Below, piece by piece: positions 1-10,580 of a DNA stretch of 64,000 nt (within the stretch, counting starts at the first letter, position 1; each line of letters begins with the position of its first letter). The translations under genes were made by a program, and so were the position numbers. The stretch comes from Mustelus asterias (taxonomy: Eukaryota). The notes below the pieces were generated by a model. It saw nothing but the letters and a program-made list of their open reading frames with translations, was not told the origin of the DNA and ran no database searches. The stretch spans positions 22,940,001 through 23,004,000 of the forward strand of contig NC_135808.1 of assembly GCF_964213995.1 (NCBI RefSeq), given 5' to 3'.

Positions 1-1230
1 GTGCACACCTTCATTTAGACTAAACTGAATTAAAATTTGGAAGAGGTAAGAAGGAGGGTTGATGAGGGCAGTGGGGTGGACGTGGTCAAGAGAGATTTTA
101 ATAATGCTTTCGACAAGGTCCCACATGGCGAGCTGGTCAGAAATGTAAAAATCATTGAGATCCAACACACATTGGCAAATCAGACCCCAAATAGCTCAGT
201 GGCAGGAAGCAAAGGGTTAAGGGGTTTTCGTGACTGCAAGGCTGTTACCAGTGGGGGTTTCAAAGGACCCAGCTCTCACGCCTTTGCTTTTTGTAGTTTA
301 TATTAATGAATTAGATTCAAATGTAGGGGGAATGATAAAGAAGTTTAGAGATGTACAAATATTGTCCGTGTGGGTGACAGTGAGGAGGAAAACTTCAGAC
401 TGCAGGAAGATAGAGATGGTCTGGGCAGTTGGGAGAATAGTGGAAAATGGAATTCAATCCGGAGCAGTGAGAGGTGATGGATTTTGGGAGGATTAACAAG
501 GCAACGGGATTCCCCGATAAATGGGAGGATAATGAGTAATGTGGAGGAACAGAAGGACCCAGGAGTGTATGTCCCCAGATTGGGAAAGGTATCAGGTCAG
601 GACAGGTTAATAACATGTTTAGGAAGATATATAACATGTTCTCCTTTATTAGCCAAGACACAGAACAGAGTGGTTTTGCGAGAACTGTAAACAACATCAG
701 ACAGACGAGAGCTGAAGCATTGCAAACAGTCTGGTCAGCACATTACACAAAAGATGTGATTGTATTGGAGAGAATGTAGAGGAGATTGTTTAATGTGGAC
801 AGGACTGGAGAATGTTCACTGTGAGGAAAGAGCGGATAGGCTGGAATAGGATTCTGTCGAACAGAGGAGGCCGAGGGGAGATTTAATTGAGGTGGATATA
901 ATTATGAGGAGCCATGGTAAATAGAGATAACACATTTACCCAAGCAGAAGGATCAAAAACCAAGGGGCACAGGTTTAAAGTAATTGGTAGAACGGTCAGG
1001 GTGGAAATGAGGAAAGGGATTTTCACCCAGAGGGTGGGAGGGACCCGGGACTCACTGTCTGAAAGGATGGTAGAGGCAGAAACTCTCACCACATTGAGTC
1101 AATTCTTGGATGTCGAGTTGAAGAGCTGTGATCTACAGAGCTGCAGACCGAGTACAGGAAGGTGAGATTAGGCTGGAGAGCTCTTCATTAACAGGAAGGG
1201 ATATGATGGGCTGAATGGCCTCACTCTCGA
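1..1230 (+). mobile_element. Old degenerate CR1 LINE (RT 3' region)
   Basis: DF.AFDKVPH and KTKGHRFKV remnants; many stops. Confidence 0.8.
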
Positions 1231-1269
1231 TCATAAATTTTCTGCCATTCAACATTCCATCCACACAAC

Positions 1270-2000
1270 ACCAGTTAAACCCATCAGAGCCCCAAACACA
1301 GCTAAACCCATCAGACCCCCAAACACCAGCTAAACCCATCAGACCCCCAAACACCACCAAAAACCATCAGAGCCCCAAACACCAGCTAAACCCATCAGCG
1401 CTCCAAACACCAGCTAAACTCATCAGACCCCCAAACACCAGCAAAACCCATCAGACCCCCAAACACAAGCTAAACCCATCAGACCCCCAAACACCATCAA
1501 AACCCATCAGACCCCCAAACGCCAGCTAAACCCATCAGAGCCCCAGACACCAGCTAAACCCATCAGAGCCCCAAACAACACCAAAAGCCATCAGAGCCCC
1601 AAACACCAGCTAAACCCATCAGGCCCCCAAACACCAGCTAAACCCATCAGCGCTCCAAACACCAGCTAAAGTCATCAGACCCCCAAACACCAGCAAAACC
1701 GATCAGACCCCCAAACACTAGCGAAACCCATCAGACCCCCAAACAGCAGCAAAACCCATCAGGCCCCCAAACACCAGCTAAACCCATCAGCGTTCCAAAC
1801 ACCAGCTAAACCCATCAGTCCCCCAAACACCAGCTAAACCCATCAGACCCCCAAACACCAGCAAAACCCATCAGACCCCCAAACACCAGCTAAACCCATC
1901 AGAGCCCCAAACACCAGCTAAACCCATCAGACCCCCAAACACCAGCTAAACCCTAAACACCAGCTAAACCCATCAGAGCCCCAAACACCAGCTAAACCGC
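1270..2000. repeat. ~28-bp satellite (CCCCAAACACCAGCTAAACCCATCAGAG), 3' of locus A
   Basis: Direct tandem repeats. Confidence 0.95.
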
Positions 2001-2149
2001 GAAGATCCACTCTGTACCCCAAACATTCAGCGAAAGATCAGAACCATCACAAAACACGATTGATGTTAAATCCTGTGGGAATGACAGACCCCAGTGGCCA
2101 AATTCAGGGAAAACTCTGGGAATTCTGTCTTCCTTAAGGAAATTGAGCC

Positions 2150-2394
2150 CTCCCCCCCCGCACCCTCTCCCCTCCCCCCCAGCACCCTCCCCCCCCGCAC
2201 CCTCCCACCTCACCCCCACCCCCCGCACCCTCCCCCCCTCACTCCCCCGCACCCTCCCCCCCTCCCCCCCAGCACCCTCTCCCCCTCACTCACCGACTCT
2301 CACATCCCCCCTCATTCACCGACTCTCACTCCCCCCTCACTCACCGACTCTCACTCCCCCCTCACTCACTGACTCTCACTCATCCCTTACTCAC
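2150..2394. repeat. Intron-3 25-bp minisatellite remnant and C-rich tract, locus A
   Basis: CACTCACCGACTCTCACTCCCCCCT units grading into a poly-C-rich tract. Confidence 0.85.
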
Positions 2395-2771
2395 CGACTC
2401 TCAGTAATTTTTGTCCGTACTCCAGATATTTCCTCAGCCACTCGATACACTCCACCTCCAGGTAACGTTTCCATCGCTGGTTAATGACCGTGCTGCCCTC
2501 CCACTTTTGTTTGATGATCTCTCCCCAAGGGACGGGGGTCACCCACACCAGAAGATCCTTATCAAAACTGATGAAATCTAGTCCGTCCCACCCGTACTGG
2601 TTGAATCCAGTCGTATTCCCATCATCACTCAGGTCACAGCCGGTCATCAGCTGGTGTATGTGGATCCCGGTGGATTAGAAAGATAACCTGCCAATCAGGG
2701 CCAGTCCCAATAAAAGCTGCACTCACCATGAACCCATCCAAACAGATCCGTTCCCACTGGAGGTCCAGCCA

Positions 2772-2817
<46 letters not shown>
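2772..2817. repeat. (CA)n microsatellite
   Basis: Seen directly. Confidence 0.95.
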
Positions 2818-2819
<2 letters not shown>

Positions 2820-3026
2820 CCAATCCGGCCCAATCCAACTGGAGGCAAAGCCACCAAACACACACAATCAGATTCAGTTGACCAACAGACCTTACAGAGC
2901 TCATGCACAACCTCAGTTAATCAGCCCCCAGTCCCAGATCCTGATCCGCTCCCAGTTTCTCCCACTCTGACCCAGACGCCCCGCATCCTGAGAGAGAGGC
3001 TGAGTGCTGGGAGAGTGAAGACTCAC

Positions 3027-4641
3027 AAAGAACAAAGAACAATACAGCACAGGAACAGGCCCTTCGACCCGCCAAGCCCGTGCCGTTCCCTGGTCCAAAC
3101 TAGACCATTATTTTGTATCCCTCCATTCCCACTCCGTTCATATGGCTGTCTAGATAAGTCTTAAACGTTCCCAGTGTGTCCGCCTCCACCACCTTGCCTG
3201 GCAGCGCATTCCAGGCCCCCGCCACCCTCTGTGTAAAATATGTCCTTCTGATATCTGTGTTAAACCTCCCCCCCCGCCTTCACCTTGAACCTATGACCCC
3301 TCGTGAACGTCACCACCGACCTGGGGAAAACCTTCCCACCGTTCACCCTATCTATGCCTTTCATAATTTTATACACCTCTATTAAGTCTCCCCTCATCCT
3401 CCATCTTTCCAGGGAGAACAACCCCAGTTTACCCAATCTCTCCTCATAACTAAGCCCCTCCATACCAGGCAACATCCTGGTAAACCTCCTCTGTACTCTC
3501 TCCAAAGCCCCCACGTCCTTCTGGTAGTGTGGCGACCAGAACTGGACGCAGTATTCCAAATGCGGCCGAACCAACGTTCTATACATCTGCAACATCAGAC
3601 CCCAACTTTTATACTCTATGCCCCATCCTATAAAGGCAAGCATGCCATATGCCTTCTTCACCACCTTCTTCACCTGTGACGTCACCTTCAAGGATCTGTG
3701 GACTTGCACACCCAGGTCCCTCTGCGTATCTACACCCTTTATGGTTCTGCCATTTATTGTATAGCTCCTCCCTACATTATTTCTACCAAAATGCATCTCT
3801 TCGCATTTATCAGGATTGAACTCCATCTGCCATCTCTTTGCCCAAATTTCCAGCCTATCTATATCCTTCTGTAGCTTCTGACAATGCTCCTCACTATCTG
3901 CAAGTCCTGCCAATTTTGTGTCGTCCGCAAACTTACTGATCACCCCAGTTACACCTTCTTCCAGATCGTTTATATGAATCACAAACAGCAGAGGTCCCCA
4001 TACAGAGCCCTGCGGAACACCACTAGTCACAGCCGGAAAAAGACCCTTCCACTACCACCCTCTGTCTTCTGTGACCAAGCCAGTTCTCCACCCATCTAGC
4101 CACCGCCCCCTTTATCCCATGAGATCCCACCTTTTTCACCCGCCTACCATGAGGGACTTTGTCAAACGCTTTACCAAAGTCCATATAGACCACATCCACG
4201 GCCCTTCCCTCGTCAACCATTCTGGTCACTTCTTCCAAAAACTCCACCAGGTTAGTGAGGCATGACCTCCCTCTCACAAAACCATGCTGACTATCGTTAA
4301 TGAGTTTATTCCTTTCTAAATGCGCATACATCCTATCTCTAAGAATCTTCTCCAACAACTTCCCCACCACGGACGTCAAGCTCACCGGCCTATAATTATC
4401 CGGGTTATCCTTCCTACCCTTCTTAAATAATGGGACCACATTAGCTATCCTCCAATCCTCTGGGACCTCACCTGCGTCCAGTGACGAGACAAAGATTTGC
4501 GTCAGAGGCCCAGCGATTTCATCTCTTGTCTCCCTGAGCAGCCATGGATAGATTCCATCAGGCCCTGGGGATTTGTCAGTCTTTATATTCTCTAACAAAC
4601 CTAACACTTTCTCCCTTGTAATGGAGATTTTCTCCAACGGT
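3027..4641 (-). mobile_element. Young 5'-truncated CR1 LINE inserted in the locus A intron-2 donor
   Basis: RT ORFs 4023-4748 and 3260-4030 (GVPQGS, FADD), (TTCTTTG)2 tail, GTGA target duplication. Confidence 0.93.
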
Positions 4642-4962
4642 TCACCTCCTGACTGGTTGGTTGGTTCGATACATGAGGGTCTGAATATTATCTTTGAGAC
4701 ATCGTGCCCCCTCCTGTGTGAGCTTCTTCTTCTGTTCCCAGGACTCAAGCCCCTCGCTCTCCACCATCCACTGCTCCCGGGGGATCAGCTCCCTCCGATC
4801 GCTGTCGTACACAACAAACGGGACACCATCCACATAACCGACAGCCACAAACTCCGGGAAACCTGGAATTGGAGTCATTCCCGTGAGGAAACACCGGAGA
4901 GAGTGAGACACTGAAATATAGAGAGAGAGAATTCAGGATAGACACCCTAAAAACACCAACAC

Positions 4963-4965
<3 letters not shown>

Positions 4966-5010
<45 letters not shown>
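4966..5010. repeat. (CA)n microsatellite; paralogous (GT)n at 52419-52449
   Basis: Seen directly. Confidence 0.95.
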
Positions 5011-5014
<4 letters not shown>

Positions 5015-5070
5015 ATCAGGGCATGAACCCCAAAACACTGATTCCAAACTGAGAGCAAGACCTCCACCCA

Positions 5071-5371
5071 TGCCCCTGTACCCAGCCTGGCATTGCCCCT
5101 CTCACACCCCATCACTCACTGACCCAAGGTTAATGCCCCAGTGCCCAGCCTGGCACTGCCCCTCTCACACCCCATCACTCACTGACCCAGGGTTAATGCC
5201 CCAGTACCCAGCCTGGCATTGCCCCTCTCACACCCCATCACTCACTGACCCAGGGTTAATGCCCCAGTACCCAGCCTGGCATTGCCCCTCTCACACCCCA
5301 TCACTCACTGACCCAGGGTTAATGCCCCAGTACCCAGCCTGGCATTGCCCCTCTCACACCCCATCACTCAC
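5071..5371. repeat. 63-bp intron-1 minisatellite, locus A
   Basis: About 4.7 copies, starting at the exon-1 donor. Confidence 0.93.
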
Positions 5372-5556
5372 CTGCAGACACCTCTCCACACAGAAGGACC
5401 AGCTCTATCAGTCCAATCATTGCTGCTTCCCTCATGTTGAGAGAAACATTTGGAGGAAACTCTTTTTCAAAGAAAGGCCATTTTCTCAACTCACTCCTTC
5501 TGTCTTTTCCTGTTTACACTGAGCCTCAATCTGATTGGACCCGAAATAGGACTGGA

Positions 5557-5619
5557 CCAATCAGAATAAAGAGATTCAGTGAGTCATCAGTCTCCGGCAG
5601 AATAGACACAAACAGGTTG
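5557..5619 (-). promoter_or_regulatory. SXY-like MHC promoter module, locus A
   Basis: On the minus strand: CAACCT (S-like), TGACTCA (X2/AP1-CRE-like), CTGATTGG (Y box). Same spacing as in the paralogs. Confidence 0.7.
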
Positions 5620-6179
5620 AGAAACTGCCTCAATGTTGAGAACTGTCCAATCAGATAAATACAGCTGCTGACATCATCAGTTGCCGGGTAGAATCAGCTG
5701 AAAGGAGTTTGATACAGTGACAGAGGGAAGGACATTAAGAACAGGAGCAGGTCTGAGCGAACCATTCAGTGAGATCACTGCTGATCTGGACCCCAGTTTC
5801 TGACTATAAACCATATCCTCAGATATCATTACCCAATAAAAATCTGTCACTCTGAGATTGAAAAGCTCCAATTGTTAACTTTTTATTGTGGAGAGACTGG
5901 ATGTGGATTCCACACTGCTGAATTATTTTAACATTATAAACAGATCGATCAGATCACCCATCAACATTCTAAAAGCTGGGGAATAAAAAACCCTTTTATT
6001 TAACCTCCTTTTATTATTCTGGTGATCAGAACTGCACCCCCTCCAAGACCAATCTCTCCTTCCTGAGGTGTGGTGTCCAGAACTGAACACAGTGACTCCG
6101 AAAGTGTCTGACCAAGACTCTGTTAAACTGAAGCTTCACTTCCATCACTTTATATACCAGCCCCCTCCAGATAAAGTTC

Positions 6180-6575
6180 AATGTGCCCTTAGAGAGAATG
6201 GTGAAATGGGCAGATACAAATACAATGCAGAGAAGCGTTTTAAGTGATGCAGTTTGAAGGGAAGAAGATAAACAGGTAATCTAAACTGAATGGGACGGCT
6301 ATAAAGGGATTGTGGGAACAGAGAGACCTGAGTGAGTATGAGGCTGGCAGGAAGGTGTGATGAGGCTGTGAAAGAAGCATTTGGACCCCATTGCTTTATA
6401 AATAGAAGCACAGATTACAAAAGCAAGGAGGTCACGCTGAACATTGATAAAATATTGATTCGATCTCAGCTGGAGAATTGTATCCGTTTCTGGTCACAAT
6501 GTTTCAGGAAGGATGTCGAGGCCTTGGAGAGGGTACAGAGGAAATTTGCTGAATTATTGGAGATGAGAAACTTCT
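6180..6575 (+). mobile_element. Degenerate CR1 fragment (paralog at 51110-51600, minus)
   Basis: LENCIRFWS...KDVEALERVQR. Confidence 0.75.
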
Positions 6576-7477
6576 GACTGACAGTAGGACTAATCCAATG
6601 TATTGGTACAATCATACCTTCCAAATATCTTGGAAAGACATTGCATTATCTGGTAATGGATGATGACCTCGCAATTTTTTTTAAGAAGGCCATAAGTTCT
6701 CCTTGGACAGGGAGCCAGCCTGTCTTCACCTGAGCTGTGTGGGACTTGAGGAAGAGATGTTTGTTTGTTCTGAACTGGAATCACTTTAATTGATGGGGAA
6801 TAAAACTGAAAAGTAAAGGCTAGTGATGTTCTGGAAATCACATGGCAGGGACAGAGTTTAAGTTTTGAACCTGTTGGTTTTGAAATCAGTCTCCTTGGGG
6901 AATAAGTTGAGAAATGGAGACGGCCCGACCTGATTCTCTCTCTACCTTGCCTCAAGTTGTGTCTGGTTCACTACTACCTGCCAGAGAATCCTCATCTGAG
7001 TGTAACCTGTCTGCATTTTGGACCTGCAAAGCTGAAACAGGAAGAATTGGTCCAGATCCATATTCTCCTCCGCGCCAAAGCTCTGTTGGTGTGAAACGCC
7101 AGACATCCACTGGTCTTCACATGAGGGAACACCAGCACGACAGCATTGAACCCTTTCAATCTTTATCCTTTATTTTAAAAAGCCTATCCTCTGCATAGAG
7201 ACCCAATGTCCTTGTTCTTTAATTGTACAGGAGTTGAGGGCAATGTATTTGCATGAATAGAGGATTGGCTAATGGACAGGAAACATTGATTTGGCATAAA
7301 TGGGGCATTTACAAGTTGGCCGACTGTGATTAGTGGAGTGTCACTAGGATCAGTGCTGGGACAATCAGTCATTGACAATCTTTATGTGTGACTCAGATGC
7401 AGAGACAGAATGTGATGGATCTAAATTTGGAGCAGCTACAAAGATAGGAAATGAGGAGAGATTGAGTCGGTTGGGAT

Positions 7478-8325
7478 TGTGACGTTAGTGTACTTTTGAG
7501 AAAGTTTTTTAAAAATCATGATCTCTGCAACTCTCACAGCTTCAATATTTTCTCAGCTCACAGCCTCAGGTAATGTCATTTGCTGCTGGTTTGATTGGAG
7601 ATGTCCTTTTATTGCTACTTCAATTGTTTAAATGGGGTCTGTCTATTTTAACTCTGGGTTGTTTTGTGACCCTGCATTGCTAGGAGGATGGACATGTGTT
7701 TTTGGACAGTTTTTTTTTCAGTGAGTTTAAGGTTTCATTTTCTGTTTGGCTGCAGGTAGAGTTGAGTTTCAGAAGGGGCAGCAAGCTGAAAGTCTCTCTC
7801 TCTCTCTCTCCCTGGTTTTGGAAATTCTGCTCGTAAGCTGAAAGCCTTTCTGAAGGGGAGAAATCTGCTGTTGGTGGCTTGCCGAGAGTCCCTGGTGTTT
7901 GTGGAAGCTGTTCTGACTCCAAACTGTTCCGAGTCTATCCAGGGAACTGCAGACTTCATCCAAAGGACTCAAGTCCAGTATCACATGAGCATTAGGCTGT
8001 GCTGTGTTAACCCTGTGAACAGGGTATTTTGTCTATGGGATTGGTTTGATTGGAACACATTAGATATATTTGTTAAGGATTATACATTATAGTGATTGTT
8101 TTGTTTCTTGTTTGTAATTCATAAGAGTTCTTGCTCATTTTCTGACTGTTCAGATTAACTATATTCTTAAATAAACTTTGTTTGATAAAAGCTCCCGAGT
8201 GGATCAATTGAATCATATCTGAAGGGAAGCCTATCATGTTATTCCGAGCCAAATTGATGATGCAAAACTTATGATCCAGGCGAGCTCCATAAAACCCTTT
8301 CTAGTTTCTGACCTCAACCATAACA
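7478..8325 (+). mobile_element. Solo LTR (848 bp) inserted in a CR1 fragment
   Basis: TG...CA ends, 4-bp TSD GGAT (7474-7477, 8326-8329), internal AATAAA near 8170. The CR1 sequence rejoins across it. Confidence 0.8.
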
Positions 8326-8715
8326 GGATTGTATTTGCTGGAGTTTAGAAGAATGAGGGGCATCTCATAGAAACCTATAAAATTGTAACAGGAAGAGACA
8401 GAGCAAGTGCAGGAAGGATGGTGGGGGAGTCCAGAACCATGGGTTGTCCTCTAAAGATAAAGGGTAAACCATTGAGGACTGAGATGAAGAGAAATAACTT
8501 CACCCAGATCGTGGAAAGCCTGTGGAATTCATTACCACAACAAGCCATTGAGGCTAAAACATTGTTTATTTTCAAGAAGGAGGGGCGAAGGGGATCAATG
8601 GTGGAGACTGGATCAGGCTATTAAGTTGGAAGATCAGCCATGATGATAATGAATGGCAGAGCAGGATTGAAGGGCCGAATGGCCTACTCCTGTTCCTCTT
8701 TTCTATGTTTCTATG
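8326..8715 (+). mobile_element. CR1 3' end (5' part at about 7215-7477)
   Basis: FTQ..LWNSLP motif and ttctatgtttctatg tail. Confidence 0.8.
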
Positions 8716-9180
8716 AAACGCAAACTGTATGGAGGACATGGAGAGAGCTGCAAAGTGATGTGGAGAAGTTAATCAAATGGGCTGCAAGGTGGGAGATGGA
8801 GTGTAATGTGGGTGGATGTGGGGGTTAGACTGTGTCTCCTGCCAACACAATATGGCCTTCTGCGAATTCGTACTGGTCCGTACGGATGTCACTCTGCTAA
8901 ACCAGCCTGCTAGTAGCCCTTTACATTGAAGCAAGTCCAGCCTTCACTAAGAGCGTCCTACTTTGCTACACTGTGCAAAGAGAGGGCAGAGTGAGAGACA
9001 GAGTCAGAGTGAGCCTTCGTTGTGTGGCACAGATGATCAAACAAAGTATTGGTTCCAGGAAACCTTGTAAAGTCTGTCTCTTACCTAAAAAAGTTCTGTC
9101 GAAGAGGCAGTTGAATGATGGGACAGTCTCATGAGGATGAACAGTCTATTCCTGCTGTTATCCCTCATGTTCTCTACTGA

Positions 9181-9325
9181 CTGAGGTTAATATCTAACCC
9201 CGGCACTCCCTGCTCACACCCCATCATCGATCGAAATCACTGCACACAGAGGGACCAGCACATTCCGTTCAAAAATTGTTGCTTCCTTCACCAGGTTGGG
9301 ACGGGAAATCTATGGAAAAACTTTT
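9181..9325 (-). pseudogene. Degenerate relic of an MHC class I leader exon plus one intron-1 repeat unit
   Basis: cacacagagggaccagc...attgttgcttcc...gttggga matches the leader of locus B (30160-30215); the ATG and donor are lost. Confidence 0.55.
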
Positions 9326-9339
9326 CCGAGTGTCTCCCA

Positions 9340-9655
9340 GCTGCACCCTGTACTGATTCTGTCACTCTCAGTCTGAGCTGTGTCCTGTACTGATACTGTC
9401 CCTCTCAGTCTGAGCTGTGTCCTGTACTGATTCTGTCCCTCTCAGTCTGAGCTGTGTCCTGTACTGATTCTGTCCCTCTCAGTCTGAGCTGTGTCCTGTA
9501 CTGCTACTGTCCCTCTCAGTCTGAGCTGTGTCCTGTACTGATACTGTCCCTCTCAGTCTGTGAGCTGTGTCCTGTACTGCTACTGTCCCTCTCATTCTGA
9601 GCTGTGTCCTGTACTGATACTGTCCCTCTCAGTCTGAGCTGTGTCGTGTCCTGAT
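9340..9655. repeat. 37-bp minisatellite (inverted 39-bp paralog at 47881-48200)
   Basis: CTGAGCTGTGTCCTGTACTGATACTGTCCCTCTCAGT units. Confidence 0.93.
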
Positions 9656-9721
9656 ATCAAACCCTGTTCCTGTTTAATTATGTAAATAGTAACTGGACAC
9701 CAAATACCATTGAAGAATTCA

Positions 9722-10580
9722 GGGCCGCAATTCTCCCAAAAAAGTTCTAAGTTTGGACTTTGCGGGAAAACTGGTGCAAATCACTCCAGTTTTTTCAGTG
9801 CAACTTCACACTTGACTCTCCCACACTCTGTGCAATGCAGAGGTCTCAATCGGGAATGGGGCGGCACGGTAGCACAGTGGTTAGCACTGCTGCTTCACAG
9901 CTCCAGGGTCCCGGGTTCGATTCCCAGCTTGGGTCACTGTCTGTGTGGAGTTTGCACATTCTCCTCGTGTCTGCGTGGGTTTCCTCCGGGTGCTCCGGTT
10001 TCCTCCCACAGTCCAAAGATGTGCGGGTTAGGTTGATTGGCCAGGTTAAAAATTGCCCCTTAGAATCCTGGGATGCGTAGGTTAGAGGGATTAGTGGGTA
10101 AATATGTGGGGGTAGGGCCTGGGTGGGATTGTGGTCGGTGCAGACTCGATGGGCCGAATGGCCTCCTTCTGCACTGTAGGGTTTCTGTATCATGAAAAGC
10201 TCGGGGGGGCGGGGCATAGTCACAGACAATTCCGGAACTCTACACATGCGCAGTGGCCCCTATCTGTCATTCTCCCAATCACTGGCTATCCCGGGACCCT
10301 GGCAGTGCTGCCCCTCCAGCTGATGCTCCCCTCCAGCAGTGATGATAACCCCACCCCAGCAGACCTCCTCCCCAGCACACCCCCCAGGCTGATCCCTCAG
10401 GCCACCCTGATCGCAAACCTCCCTCTGGTCTCCCTCACGGCTCAGATGGTGCTGCATATCTGACGCGAGGAGAGGTGCGCACGGCGGAACGCATGCGCAA
10501 ATCCCGTGAGTCGAACGACACGCAATTCTCTCAACCTGCTGTGCGAAACATTAGTGTGGCGGGATGGGAGAATCACTCCC
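9722..10580. mobile_element. Putative non-autonomous DNA transposon with a nested SINE
   Basis: Imperfect terminal inverted repeats (GGGCCGCAATTCTCCCA / TGGGAGAATCACTCCC), CpG-rich; 5' end resembles 32096-32200. Confidence 0.55.
9857..10190 (+). mobile_element. tRNA-derived SINE, HE1-like, with CR1-type tail
   Basis: A-box-like GGTAGCACAGTGG, B-box GGTTCGATTCC, tail gggccgaatggcctcc. Confidence 0.85.

Larger units (their letters stand above)
2395..5435 (-). pseudogene. MHC class I heavy-chain pseudogene (locus A): leader 5372-5435, alpha1 4646-4910, alpha2 2395-2667; alpha3/TM/cytoplasmic exons absent
   Basis: Exons are homologous to loci B-D. Alpha1 is 265 nt instead of 261 (4-nt duplication, frameshift). 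A CR1 is inserted in the intron-2 donor. The alpha2 acceptor reads CG instead of AG. The intron-3 repeat runs directly into 3'-flank sequence. Confidence 0.9.

Noticed and set aside
5070-5522. ORFs with 21-aa repeats (also 32818-33285, 51785-52312)
   Set aside because: Antisense read of the 63-bp repeat, whose length is divisible by three
9857-9930. tRNA gene
   Set aside because: tRNA-like head of a SINE that continues into the SINE body
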